From assembly GCA_038140435.1 (NCBI GenBank), contig JAYQGE010000003.1, positions 357-64,356 of the forward strand: a stretch of DNA of 64,000 bases, read 5' to 3'. Shown piece by piece: positions 10,541 to 21,291 of this stretch (positions are counted from its first letter, which is position 1; every line of letters starts with the position of its first letter). The stretch is from Rhodospirillaceae bacterium (lineage in GTDB: Bacteria; Pseudomonadota; Alphaproteobacteria; UBA6615). The notes beneath the pieces are model-generated. The model searched no databases. It was given only the letters and a program-made list of their open reading frames with translations, and was not told the origin of the DNA. The position numbers were made by a program, and so were the translations under genes.

Positions 10541-10675
10541 CGTGTCGTTCGAACGCTTCGAGGCGGGCGGGCCGGACCGGGCACGCCTGATCCGCAGAAA
10601 TCGGCGCGAAACTTGCCACAGGGCCCTGAATCGCACCAAGTCACGAATTGTTCCCGAATGTTTCGGAAGGCGCGC

Positions 10676-11509
10676 CTATCCGTCCTCGTCGCCGAAGACC
10701 AGCGTGCCGTCCGCCGCACGCGCGCGCACGAGGTGCGCGAAGCCATCGCCCCAGGGCGTCGTGAGTTCGAGGCGCACCGGCACCCGCCCGGGTTTAACAC
10801 CGATATCCGCGAGCCAGATCGCGACCTCGAGGTCCTGCAGCCGCTTGCGGTCGGGCTTGAAGCCGGCTATCCGCTCGAAGGTCAGATGACACCCCTCCGC
10901 ATCTCCTTCGAACGGCGCGGAATTGCTGCGTTTCAACGCGCGTGGCGCCAACGCCGTCATGTTGGCGTCATAGCGTCGCCGCCCGTCATAGACCGGAGTA
11001 TTCTCCCGACACGCGCCCTGGATTGCACTCGTCAGCACCAGCGCCGTCACCGCGGTCGTCGGGTCGACAGAACCCGGGATCAGGGCCGGATCGACCAGCT
11101 TGATGTCGTCCTCACCATAGGGCGGCTTCGCCGTGACGGTGCGGGTGCCGTCGTCGCGATACTCGATCGCGACGCTGCGCTCGCGGCTGCGCCACTGGTT
11201 GTCCGTGCGGTAGCGGTGGGGCGCAATCTCGCCGTCGCGCCATTCGCCGACGCTCGACGCCTCGAGGCTCCAGCTGAACAGCGCACCGACGATCCCCGAC
11301 GTCGCGAGCCGGATCCGGGTCTCGTAGCCGGGATCGGCGAGCCCGAGCTCGAAGTCGAAGCGGATCGCCCGAAGGCCGCCGGTATAGACGTCGTAGGTGA
11401 GTGCGAACCCGTCGGCCGCAGCCGAAACCGGTAGCGCGAGGAGGCCCGCGACGATGCCCGCACACCCGAACCAGCGCGAACGTCGCCGACCGTGCCGGCC
11501 CCATGTCAT
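10676..11509 (-). CDS. DUF3108-like exported protein (signal peptide)
   Basis: 277 aa, N-terminal signal peptide AGIVAGLLALPVSAAADG. Content and length resemble DUF3108 proteins that commonly sit next to glmU in Alphaproteobacteria. Its start overlaps the upstream gene's stop (ATGA). Confidence 0.55.
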   Translation of the reverse strand: MTWGRHGRRRSRWFGCAGIVAGLLALPVSAAADGFALTYDVYTGGLRAIRFDFELGLADPGYETRIRLATSGIVGALFSWSLEASSVGEWRDGEIAPHRYRTDNQWRSRERSVAIEYRDDGTRTVTAKPPYGEDDIKLVDPALIPGSVDPTTAVTALVLTSAIQGACRENTPVYDGRRRYDANMTALAPRALKRSNSAPFEGDAEGCHLTFERIAGFKPDRKRLQDLEVAIWLADIGVKPGRVPVRLELTTPWGDGFAHLVRARAADGTLVFGDEDG

Positions 11510-12033
11510 GGCTGGCGTGGGGTGCCCGTCTTGTCTCGCACCACGTCGCGGATCACGTCGAGCACCAGGTCGGTGCCCTTCTCGATCAGGACCACATCGT
11601 TGTCGACGATCACGCGCTCCGTATCCGTGCGCGCCGGCAGTCGCTTCTCGAGGTCCTCCGGCAACGCCCGGCGGTCGAGACCCGGCGGCAGGCGGCCGTT
11701 GCGGTCGAGCTGCTTCTGCAACCCCGGCGGCAGGCTGTCGCGCTTCGCCAGCCCCGGCGGCAGGCCGCTCTTGCCGCCCTTGCCCGCGCCCTTACCGGCC
11801 TTGCCTGTCTTGCGCCGGTCGTCATCGTCTTCCCCGGACTCGTCGGACTCGTCGTCGGTGAGGCCCGTCTCCGCAAGCACCTCGCGGATGATCCGTTTCT
11901 CGAGGTCGCTGAAGATCTGGCCCACCCGGTCGTCGGCGCTGGTGACGCCGGATGTCTGGGCCACGGCAGGATGCGCCGCCGGCAGCAGGAACGTCAGGGC
12001 CATGGCGAGGATGGCAAGGATACTGGATTTCAT
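11506..12033 (-). CDS. Secreted low-complexity protein with LPPGL repeats and an acidic stretch
   Basis: 175 aa, signal peptide MKSSILAILAMALTFLLPAAHPAVAQ, acidic run DDESDESGEDDDD, then KTGKAGKGAGKGGKSGLPPGLAKRDSLPPGLQKQLDRNGRLPPGL. No confident family. Stop overlaps the DUF3108 start. Confidence 0.5.
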   Translation of the reverse strand: MKSSILAILAMALTFLLPAAHPAVAQTSGVTSADDRVGQIFSDLEKRIIREVLAETGLTDDESDESGEDDDDRRKTGKAGKGAGKGGKSGLPPGLAKRDSLPPGLQKQLDRNGRLPPGLDRRALPEDLEKRLPARTDTERVIVDNDVVLIEKGTDLVLDVIRDVVRDKTGTPRQP

Positions 12034-12134
12034 ATGTCACTCCGTAACGGCAACTGGGCAAATCATAGGGTCGGGTGCGAATGAGGCAAGGATGGGGCGA
12101 CAATGCGGATCGAAGCGGGACGGTTGCCCATCGC

Positions 12135-12164
12135 TTGACACCCGTGAACCGGTCGCCCTATAGC
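12135..12164 (+). promoter_or_regulatory. Candidate sigma70-type promoter for tRNA-Val (TTGACA, 18-nt spacer, TATAGC)
   Basis: TTGACA at 12135-12140 and TATAGC at 12159-12164, with the tRNA 5' end 18 nt downstream. Identified by sequence only. Confidence 0.4.
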
Positions 12165-12181
12165 TCCGGTCCCCGACGGAG

Positions 12182-12256
12182 GGGCGCGTAGCTCAGCGGG
12201 AGAGCACTGCCTTCACACGGCAGGGGTCGCTGGTTCAATCCCAGCCGCGCCCACCA
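12182..12256 (+). tRNA. tRNA-Val (anticodon CAC)
   Basis: 75 nt cloverleaf by hand: acceptor GGGCGCG/CGCGCCC, D-stem GCTC/GAGC, anticodon stem CTGCC/GGCAG with loop TTCACAC (CAC at positions 34-36), T-arm GCTGG-TTCAATC-CCAGC, discriminator A, encoded CCA. Confidence 0.85.
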
Positions 12257-12464
12257 TTTTCCAGACAGCATGATGCGGAGTGCGGCCGGAATCGCCGGTC
12301 AGATTGCGCTCGCGCAGCCCCCACGGGGCCTAACGCCGCTCGTACTGCCTGTCGCCGAAGGGATCGAGGATACACGCGGCCAGACTGGCGGCGACTGTGG
12401 CACCTTGATATCGCCCTGCGGCCAAATATAGTCGTCGGCTCGACCAACTCGGGGGCTGTTTCCA

Positions 12465-13658
12465 ATGCCAGACGTCACCGGCCATCCGCCGCGCGAAGAG
12501 ATGCTGCGCCGCGCCCAGGACATGATTCCGGTCGTGCGCGAACGGGCCGCGGCGGCGGAGGCCAGCGGGCGCATCCCCGAGGAAACGATCCGCGAACTGC
12601 ACGAGAACGGCCTGTGGCGCATCAACCAGCCGGCGCGCGTGGGCGGCGGCGAGTATGATTTCCGCCTGCTCACCGAGGTCGCCCAGGAACTGGCCCGCGG
12701 CTGCGGCTCAACCGGCTGGGTCTATATCAACCTGGCGGTCCATCACTGGATGCTGGCGATGTGGGACCCTGAAGGTCAGGACAGGGTCTGGAGCGAAAAT
12801 CCCGACGCGCTGATCGCCTCTTCGGTGATCTATCCCGCGGGCAAGGCCGTGACGGTCGATGGCGGCTACCGGCTGACCGGGCGCTGGCCCTTCTGCAGCG
12901 GTATCCGGCACAGCGAATGGATCATGATCGGCGGCATGGTCGAGGGCGCCGGCGCGGACGGCGGCCTGGAGCCGCGCGTGTTCCTGGTGCCCGTGGCGGA
13001 CATGACCGTTCATGACGCGTGGGATGTCATGGGGCTTCGCGCGACCGGCAGCGTGGACAGCGAATGCGCCGACCTGTTCGTCCCCGGCCATATGACCCTC
13101 GCCGGAAGCGCGACGCGCGGCGACACGACCCCTGGCAGCGCCGTCAACCCGTCGCCCCTGTTCCGCCAGTCGGTCGGCGGCCTCTTCCCACACATGATCT
13201 CGACGGTACTTCTGGGCATCTCGCGCGGCATCTTCGATGTCGGTGTCGAGATGATGCGCGCGCGCAGCGCCCGGCAGACCGGGCGCAAGATTGCCGAGCT
13301 CGTACCGGTGCAGAACAGGGTCGCAGAGGCCGGCGCCATGATCGACGCCGGGCGCGCCCTGCTGTTCGCCAACTTCGCCGAATCCCTGGCGTTCGCCGAA
13401 GCCGGCCAGGTGCCTCCGGTGGAGGCGAAGCTGCGCTGGCGGCGCGACGGCGCGTACGCCGCGAAACTCGCCGCCGACGCGGGCCAGGGCCTGTTCCGGA
13501 TCATGGGCGCGTCGGCCCTCGTCGAAACGGGTGCGTTTCAGCGCCCCATCCGCGACCTGACGGCCGGGACGACCCACGCGCATGTTTCGTGGGAGATCAA
13601 CGGCCCCGCCCACGGACGGGTCACCCTCGGCCTCGAGACCGACAACCCGATCATCTAG
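12465..13658 (+). CDS. Acyl-CoA dehydrogenase-fold flavin-dependent monooxygenase (HpaB/HsaA/DszC-like group D hydroxylase component)
   Basis: 397 aa. ACAD-like N-terminal, middle and C-terminal helical domains but no catalytic-base Glu context of a true ACAD. Resembles two-component aromatic hydroxylase oxygenase subunits. First gene after the tRNA. Confidence 0.65.
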   Translation: MPDVTGHPPREEMLRRAQDMIPVVRERAAAAEASGRIPEETIRELHENGLWRINQPARVGGGEYDFRLLTEVAQELARGCGSTGWVYINLAVHHWMLAMWDPEGQDRVWSENPDALIASSVIYPAGKAVTVDGGYRLTGRWPFCSGIRHSEWIMIGGMVEGAGADGGLEPRVFLVPVADMTVHDAWDVMGLRATGSVDSECADLFVPGHMTLAGSATRGDTTPGSAVNPSPLFRQSVGGLFPHMISTVLLGISRGIFDVGVEMMRARSARQTGRKIAELVPVQNRVAEAGAMIDAGRALLFANFAESLAFAEAGQVPPVEAKLRWRRDGAYAAKLAADAGQGLFRIMGASALVETGAFQRPIRDLTAGTTHAHVSWEINGPAHGRVTLGLETDNPII

Positions 13659-13665
13659 GCCGCGC

Positions 13666-14046
13666 CTATGCGCGGTGCAGCGCGCAGAGCTTGTTGCCGC
13701 TGGGATCGCGGAGATAGGCGAGATAGATCTGCCCGCCTGCCGCGCTTTCGCGCCAGCCCGGCGGGTCCTCGATGCTGGTGCCGCCGTTGGCGACGCCGGC
13801 GGCATGCCACGCATCCGCGATTTCGGGGCTGTCGCAGGTAAAGCCGATGGTGCCGCCGTTGGCGCCGGTTGCCGGCGCACCGTCGATTGGCTTCGAAACC
13901 CCGAACGCGCCGGTCGCGGTCCGGTACCAGATGCGTCCCTTGGGATCGATCTTGCCCTCGGGCACGCCGATGGCAACAAACACGGCATCGTAGAACTTCT
14001 GCGCGGTCGGAATATCGTCCGTCCCGATCATGATGTGTGAAAACAT
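13666..14046 (-). CDS. VOC (glyoxalase/bleomycin-resistance/dioxygenase) family protein
   Basis: Start at MFSHIMIGTDD (ATG rc ending 14046) within ORF 13666..14073(-). About 126 aa, beta-alpha-beta-beta-beta VOC-type N-terminus. Confidence 0.7.
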   Translation of the reverse strand: MFSHIMIGTDDIPTAQKFYDAVFVAIGVPEGKIDPKGRIWYRTATGAFGVSKPIDGAPATGANGGTIGFTCDSPEIADAWHAAGVANGGTSIEDPPGWRESAAGGQIYLAYLRDPSGNKLCALHRA

Positions 14047-14124
14047 GGTTCTCTCCTCCGCCCGGACGGGCAATTGTTCTTACCGAGAGAGGCTAGCGCC
14101 TATCGCCGCCGCGATACAGCCCGA

Positions 14125-15048
14125 TCAGCCTCCGAAGCGCGGCTCGGGCACACCCCGGATGCCGAGCCCGGTGACCCTGAACAGCGAGCCCGCGCCGAAC
14201 TGGGGCTTGTCCTCCACCACGAAGGTGTCGTGATGGGCGGCGCCCGGATGGTCGATCCGGTTCATGGTTGTCACGTATATCTCGTCGAGGTTGTCGCCGC
14301 CGAACATGACGCTGGTGACGTTCCGGACCGGCATCCCGATCCGCCGCTCTTCCGCGCCGTCGGGCGTGCGCCGCACGATCTCGCCGGTGCGGATCTCCGC
14401 GGTCCACACACAGCCCTCGGCATCCACCGTCGAGCCGTCGCAGATGGCCGGGCTGTCCTTCGTGGAGGCGAACGCCCGCTGGTTGGACAGCGCGCCCGTC
14501 TCGATGTCGTAGTCATAGGCCCACATGGTGTCCTGGAAGGAGCAGGTCACATAGAAGGTCCTGTCGTCGGGCGACCAGCTGGGGCCGTTGGTGCAGATGA
14601 TGCCGCCGCCGATCTGCGTGACCGACAGGTCCGGATCGAGGCGCCAGAGCCCGCAGATCGCGAGCTCTTCTTCGTCGTCCATGCCGCCGGCGATGAAGCG
14701 GCCGCGCCGGTCCACCTTGCCGTCGTTGAGCCGGGTGCGCGGCTGGTCGGCCTCGACATGCGCGATCAGCTCGAGATCGTGCTTGTCGAAATCGTAGAAA
14801 TAGAAGCCGTCGTCCACGGCCATAACCAGGCCGCCGTCCTTGCGCACGGCCAGCGCGCCGATGTCGTGATCGGGAATGGACCGGGTCTCCACCTTGCCCG
14901 AGCGCGGGTCCATGCGGAAGACATTGTCCTTGCCCTTGCGCCGGCCGGTGCCGTCCACCCAGTAGAACATGCCGCTCTCGACGTCCCATAACGGGCTCTC
15001 GCCCAGATAGTTCTCGCAGGCGACGAGGCATTCGATCTTGTAGGTCAT
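14125..15048 (-). CDS. SMP-30/gluconolactonase/LRE-like six-bladed beta-propeller hydrolase
   Basis: 308 aa from MTYKIECLVACENYLGESPLWD (ATG rc ending 15048). Regucalcin/gluconolactonase motifs (ESPLWD, NDGKVD, TNGPSWSPD). Lies inside a longer artefactual ORF in the track. Confidence 0.8.
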   Translation of the reverse strand: MTYKIECLVACENYLGESPLWDVESGMFYWVDGTGRRKGKDNVFRMDPRSGKVETRSIPDHDIGALAVRKDGGLVMAVDDGFYFYDFDKHDLELIAHVEADQPRTRLNDGKVDRRGRFIAGGMDDEEELAICGLWRLDPDLSVTQIGGGIICTNGPSWSPDDRTFYVTCSFQDTMWAYDYDIETGALSNQRAFASTKDSPAICDGSTVDAEGCVWTAEIRTGEIVRRTPDGAEERRIGMPVRNVTSVMFGGDNLDEIYVTTMNRIDHPGAAHHDTFVVEDKPQFGAGSLFRVTGLGIRGVPEPRFGG

Positions 15049-15180
15049 GGCTTTCGGGTCCGGTCGGGGCTGAAGTCCCGCCAGCTTAAACCAGGCGGAT
15101 GCGGCAGTTAAGGAAGCCCGCGTGTGGAAATGCCCGGCGCGACTCACTAACCTTCCCCTCCCCTCAGGAGGACGTGTTTC

Positions 15181-17514
<2,334 letters not shown>

Positions 17515-17578
17515 CTTGCAAGGTCGCATACGCGACCCTATTTCGCAGCTAAGCCATTCGAACCGAGGAGACCCTGAG

Positions 17579-18094
17579 ATGACCGAAACCGCATATCTCG
17601 CCGGCGGCTGCTTCTGGGGCATGCAGGACCTGATCCGCCGCCTGCCCGGCGTCGTCTCGACCCGCGTCGGCTACACGGGCGGCGATCTGGAGAACGCGAC
17701 CTATCGCCATGTGTGCACCGGCACAACGGGCCACACCGAGGCGGTCGAGATCGTCTTCGACCCCGAGCAGGTGAGCTTCCGGGACCTGCTGGAACTCTTC
17801 TTCCAGATCCACGATCCGACCACGCCGGACCGCCAGGGCAACGACCGCGGCACCCAGTACCGTTCCGCGATCTTCTGGCACGACGAGTCCCAGCGAGAGA
17901 CGGCCGAAGACACCATCGCCGACGTCGAGGCGTCGGGCCTGTGGCCGGGCAAGGTCGTCACCGAGATCACCCCGGCGGGCGCGTTCTGGGAGGCGGAGCC
18001 GGAGCACCAGGATTATCTCCAGCGCATCCCGCACGGCTACACCTGCCATTTCGTGCGGCCCGAGTGGAAGCTGCCGAAGCGCGACGCGGCGTAG
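17579..18094 (+). CDS. msrA: Peptide-methionine (S)-S-oxide reductase
   Basis: 171 aa from [16 protein letters not shown] (GAGGAG RBS). Catalytic GCFWG motif. Confidence 0.92.
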   Translation: MTETAYLAGGCFWGMQDLIRRLPGVVSTRVGYTGGDLENATYRHVCTGTTGHTEAVEIVFDPEQVSFRDLLELFFQIHDPTTPDRQGNDRGTQYRSAIFWHDESQRETAEDTIADVEASGLWPGKVVTEITPAGAFWEAEPEHQDYLQRIPHGYTCHFVRPEWKLPKRDAA

Positions 18095-18098
18095 GCTC

Positions 18099-18842
18099 CT
18101 AGAACAGTTCGCCCTGGTCGGGCGGTTCGTCAGCCAGGCTGTGGGGCGCGAGCAGCTCCGGCCCGTCGTTGCGGATGTCGTTGACCGCGCGCCCCACCGA
18201 TACGACCCCCACAGCATCCTCGGGCGCGGGGCGCAGGAGTTCGCCCGCCGCCTCCCGGTCGAACCGGTCGTCCGCGCCGCTGCCGAGCCAGGCGTCGAAC
18301 CCGTCGGGATCGAGGATCACCGGCATGCGGTGATGGAACGGGCGCAGGGTCTCGTTGGCCTCGGTGGTGACGATGGTCGCGGTCTCGAGCTCCGACCCAT
18401 CGGGACCGAGCCACGCCTCCCACAAACCCGCGAAGCTGATGAGCCCGCCGTCGGGCCGGGAGATCCAGACCGGCTGCTTGGGGCCGGTCCCCGTCGCCTG
18501 CCACTCGAAGAAGCCGCTCGCGGGAATGATGCAGCGCCGGCGGCGAAACGCGGCGCGGAACGAAGGCTTCTCGGCGATGGTCTCGGCCCGGGCGTTGATC
18601 ATCCGCGCGCCCATGCCCGGGTCCTTCGCCCAGGACGGCACGAGGCCCCAGCGGAAGGCCGCCGGGACCCGCGCCAGCGCATCGCCCGCCCCCTCGCGCG
18701 ATCCGGCGCGGATGATCGCGACGATGTCTTGCGACGGCGCGATGTTGTAGCGGGCGGGCAGCATGTAGGGCTGGCTCACGACCAGCCCATAGGCCGCGTG
18801 CAACTCCTCCCAGGTGTGAAACAGGCCAAATCGTCCGCACAT
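18099..18842 (-). CDS. SOS response-associated peptidase (SRAP/YedK/HMCES family; abasic-site DNA-protein crosslink sensor)
   Basis: 247 aa, N-terminal MCGRF with the Cys2 nucleophile, conserved SRAP core (NARAET, FFEW). Confidence 0.88.
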   Translation of the reverse strand: MCGRFGLFHTWEELHAAYGLVVSQPYMLPARYNIAPSQDIVAIIRAGSREGAGDALARVPAAFRWGLVPSWAKDPGMGARMINARAETIAEKPSFRAAFRRRRCIIPASGFFEWQATGTGPKQPVWISRPDGGLISFAGLWEAWLGPDGSELETATIVTTEANETLRPFHHRMPVILDPDGFDAWLGSGADDRFDREAAGELLRPAPEDAVGVVSVGRAVNDIRNDGPELLAPHSLADEPPDQGELF

Positions 18843-18859
18843 GGGCGAATATTACCCCG

Positions 18860-18874
18860 GTTCGGGGCGCGTTC
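18860..18874. promoter_or_regulatory. Candidate LexA operator (GTTC-N7-GTTC, alphaproteobacterial SOS box), 17 bp upstream of the SRAP start codon
   Basis: GTTCggggcgcGTTC at 18860-18874. The motif class is known from Rhodobacter, Sinorhizobium and Caulobacter LexA regulons. Sequence match only. Confidence 0.5.
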
Positions 18875-19036
18875 GAGCGCCGGTCCCGTTTCGTTCTCCG
18901 CTAAACACCCGAGTCGCTTTTGGGGCGACCACAAGATTTTGGGTTTTGCGGCACAAACCGGGCACAAAGGTGGCGGTGCGATCCGGCGGCCGGAATCTCG
19001 AAACCCGCAAGTATCCGCGATTCCGGGGCCTTACGA

Positions 19037-19064
19037 TTGACTCACGCGCCCCAAAGATTATAAT
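19037..19064 (+). promoter_or_regulatory. Candidate sigma70 promoter for nrdAB (TTGACT, 16-nt spacer, TATAAT)
   Basis: TTGACT at 19037-19042 and TATAAT at 19059-19064, giving a leader of about 145 nt to the nrdA ATG at 19216. Confidence 0.45.
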
Positions 19065-19079
19065 GTTCCTGTCTTGTTC
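19065..19079. promoter_or_regulatory. Second candidate LexA operator (GTTC-N7-GTTC) directly abutting the nrdAB -10 element
   Basis: GTTCctgtcttGTTC at 19065-19079, overlapping the predicted transcription start of nrdA. Confidence 0.45.
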
Positions 19080-19132
19080 ACGGTGACAACGCGCCAACAT
19101 CTGGTGTTAACTCAAGGTTACGGCTCTAGATG

Positions 19133-19172
19133 TTGTGGGTTTTACACGTTTTCCACGGAAAACTGCCCACAA
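19133..19172 (+). promoter_or_regulatory. Nested inverted repeat in the nrdA 5' leader
   Basis: TTGTGGG-tttacac-GTTTTCC-ac-GGAAAAC-tg-CCCACAA: two concentric 7-bp inverted repeats. Either a protein operator (NrdR-like regulator?) or an RNA stem-loop. Family not recognised. Confidence 0.3.
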
Positions 19173-19215
19173 GCTGTGGAGCACCTGGATTGTCGCGTGG
19201 AGGGGGCCTTAATTC

Positions 19216-21210
19216 ATGGACGGAACGACTGCGATTCCGACTGCAAGCAGCGTTGTGGAAAAAACGCTGAAATCGGACGAAAACGAAGACATGGACCTGC
19301 TGGAATCGATCGAACTGGACGCGTCCGACGCCGAACCCGAGGCGCAAACGGATGTGGATAACGACCTCGTCGGCCAGGATGACGAGACCGCGAACGTCTA
19401 CCAGACCGATCGCGTCCGCATCCTGATCGACCCGTCTCGCGACGAGAACCTGACGGCGTTCGGCAAGGAGACCCTGGAAGACCGGTATCTCCTGAACGAC
19501 GAGAAGGGCTCGCCGCAGAAGCTGTTCGCCCGCGTCGCGTGTCACTACGCCGACGATTCGGCGCACGCCCAGCGCATCTACGACTACATCTCGAATCTCT
19601 GGTTCATGCCGGCGACGCCGGTGCTGTCGAACGGCGGCACCCAGCGCGGCCTGCCGATCTCCTGCTTCCTCAACGAGGCCTCGGACTCGCTCGAGGGCAT
19701 CGTCGATCTGTGGAACGAGAATGTCTGGCTCGCGGCCCGCGGCGGCGGCATCGGCAGCTACTGGGGCAACCTCCGCTCGATCGGCGAGCAGGTCGGCCAC
19801 AACGGCAAGACCTCGGGCGTGGTGCCGTTCATCCGCGTGATGGACTCGCTCACGCTGGCCATCAGCCAGGGCTCGCTCCGGCGCGGCTCGGCGGCGGTCT
19901 ATCTGCCGATCGACCATCCGGAGATCGAGGAGTTCATCGAGATCCGCCGGCCCACCGGCGGCGACCCGAACCGCAAGGCCCAGAACCTGCACCACGGCGT
20001 GCTGGTGTCGGACGCGTTCATGCGTGCGGTCGAGGCCGATGAAGACTGGGCGCTGGTGAGCCCCAAGGACCGCGCACCGATCGCGACCGTAAAGGCGCGG
20101 AGCCTCTGGATCCGGCTGCTGACGGCACGGATCGAGACCGGCGAGCCCTACATCGTCTATTCCGACACGGTGAACAGCAACGTGCCCGAGCACCAGAAGC
20201 TCGCGGGCCTGACGGTCAAGACCTCGAACCTCTGTTCCGAGATCACCCTGCCCACCGGGCTGGACCATCTCGGCAACGACCGCACGGCCGTGTGCTGCCT
20301 GTCGTCGCTGAACGTCGAGAACTTCCTCGCGTGGAAGGATCACCCGACCTTCATCGAGGACGTGATGCGCTTCCTCGACAACGTGCTCACCGACTTCATC
20401 GAGAACGCGCCCGACAGCTTCTCCAAGGCGAAATACTCCGCCATGCGCGAGCGCTCGGTCGGACTTGGCATCATGGGCTTCCATTCCTTCCTGCAGGACC
20501 AGATGGTGCCGTTCGAATCCGCCGTCGCGAAGGCGTGGAACAAGAAGATGTTCAAGCACATCCGCGCCCAGGCGGACGCCGCGTCCAAGACGCTGGCCGC
20601 CGAACGCGGGGCCTGCGAGGACGCCGCCGACTACGGCATCGACGAGCGCTTCTCGAACAAGATGGCCATCGCACCGACGGCGTCGATCTCGATCATCTGC
20701 GGCGGCGCGTCGCCGGGCATCGAGCCGATCGCGGCCAACAGCTTCACCCACAAGACCCTGTCGGGCTCGTTCAACGTCCGCTCCAAGGCGCTGCGCAAGC
20801 TGCTCGCCGAGAAGGGCAAGGACACGGACGAGACCTGGTCGTCGATCACCACCAACGAGGGCTCGGTCCAGCATCTGGACTTCCTCACCCAGGACGAGAA
20901 GGACGTGTTCAAGACGGCCTTCGAGATCGACCAGCGCTGGGTCATCGACCTCGCCGCCGACCGCGCGCCCGAGGTCTGCCAGTCCCAGTCGCTCAACGTC
21001 TTCCTGCCGGCGGACGTGCACAAGCGCGACCTGCACCAGATTCACTTCCAGGCGTGGAAGAAGGGCGTGAAGAGCCTCTACTACTGCCGCTCGAAGTCGC
21101 TGCAGCGCTCCGAGAGCGTGGCGGCGCTGGTGCCGGTGACGGGCGACGACGAGGCGGATCGCGCCGCGGCGAGCCGCAACGACTACGAAGAGTGTCTCGC
21201 CTGCCAGTAG
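19216..21210 (+). CDS. nrdA: Ribonucleoside-diphosphate reductase, class Ia alpha subunit (no recognisable N-terminal ATP-cone)
   Basis: 664 aa. Catalytic NLCSEI..., C-terminal Cys pair ...EECLACQ. The N-terminal 70 aa are acidic low complexity (DENEDMDLLESIELDASDAEPEAQTDVDNDLVGQDDE) with no VxKRxG ATP-cone motif. Confidence 0.92.
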   Translation: MDGTTAIPTASSVVEKTLKSDENEDMDLLESIELDASDAEPEAQTDVDNDLVGQDDETANVYQTDRVRILIDPSRDENLTAFGKETLEDRYLLNDEKGSPQKLFARVACHYADDSAHAQRIYDYISNLWFMPATPVLSNGGTQRGLPISCFLNEASDSLEGIVDLWNENVWLAARGGGIGSYWGNLRSIGEQVGHNGKTSGVVPFIRVMDSLTLAISQGSLRRGSAAVYLPIDHPEIEEFIEIRRPTGGDPNRKAQNLHHGVLVSDAFMRAVEADEDWALVSPKDRAPIATVKARSLWIRLLTARIETGEPYIVYSDTVNSNVPEHQKLAGLTVKTSNLCSEITLPTGLDHLGNDRTAVCCLSSLNVENFLAWKDHPTFIEDVMRFLDNVLTDFIENAPDSFSKAKYSAMRERSVGLGIMGFHSFLQDQMVPFESAVAKAWNKKMFKHIRAQADAASKTLAAERGACEDAADYGIDERFSNKMAIAPTASISIICGGASPGIEPIAANSFTHKTLSGSFNVRSKALRKLLAEKGKDTDETWSSITTNEGSVQHLDFLTQDEKDVFKTAFEIDQRWVIDLAADRAPEVCQSQSLNVFLPADVHKRDLHQIHFQAWKKGVKSLYYCRSKSLQRSESVAALVPVTGDDEADRAAASRNDYEECLACQ

Positions 21211-21291
21211 GCACGTTACGAAATACTGGTGCGTGCAGCCCCGGGCCTGTTGGTGCCGGGGCCTCGCATCCGAGGGAGAGGGAAAAGGAAC

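Noticed and set aside
8126-11434. 1102-aa ORF on the plus strand, with similar very long ORFs at 14125..17622(-), 19126..22290(-), 41185..43167(+), 47929..49602(+) and 61610..62722(-)
   Set aside because: All lie antisense to strongly supported genes (glmS/glmU, CoxL, nrdAB, aldolase/SDR, glcB, BKACE). Their translations are Arg/Ala/Gly/Pro-rich low-complexity sequence, which is what a high-GC genome produces when stop codons are rare in non-coding frames.
12258-12464. Integrase or prophage attachment site at the tRNA-Val 3' end
   Set aside because: No integrase or phage-like ORF, no duplicated tRNA 3' segment and no compositional shift in the following 15 kb.
18843-19215. Canonical NrdR boxes (acaCwAtATaTwGtgt pairs) upstream of nrdA
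   Set aside because: No convincing 16-bp NrdR palindrome was found. The leader palindromes have a different sequence (GTTTTCC/GGAAAAC, TTGTGGG/CCCACAA) and are reported only as an unassigned element.
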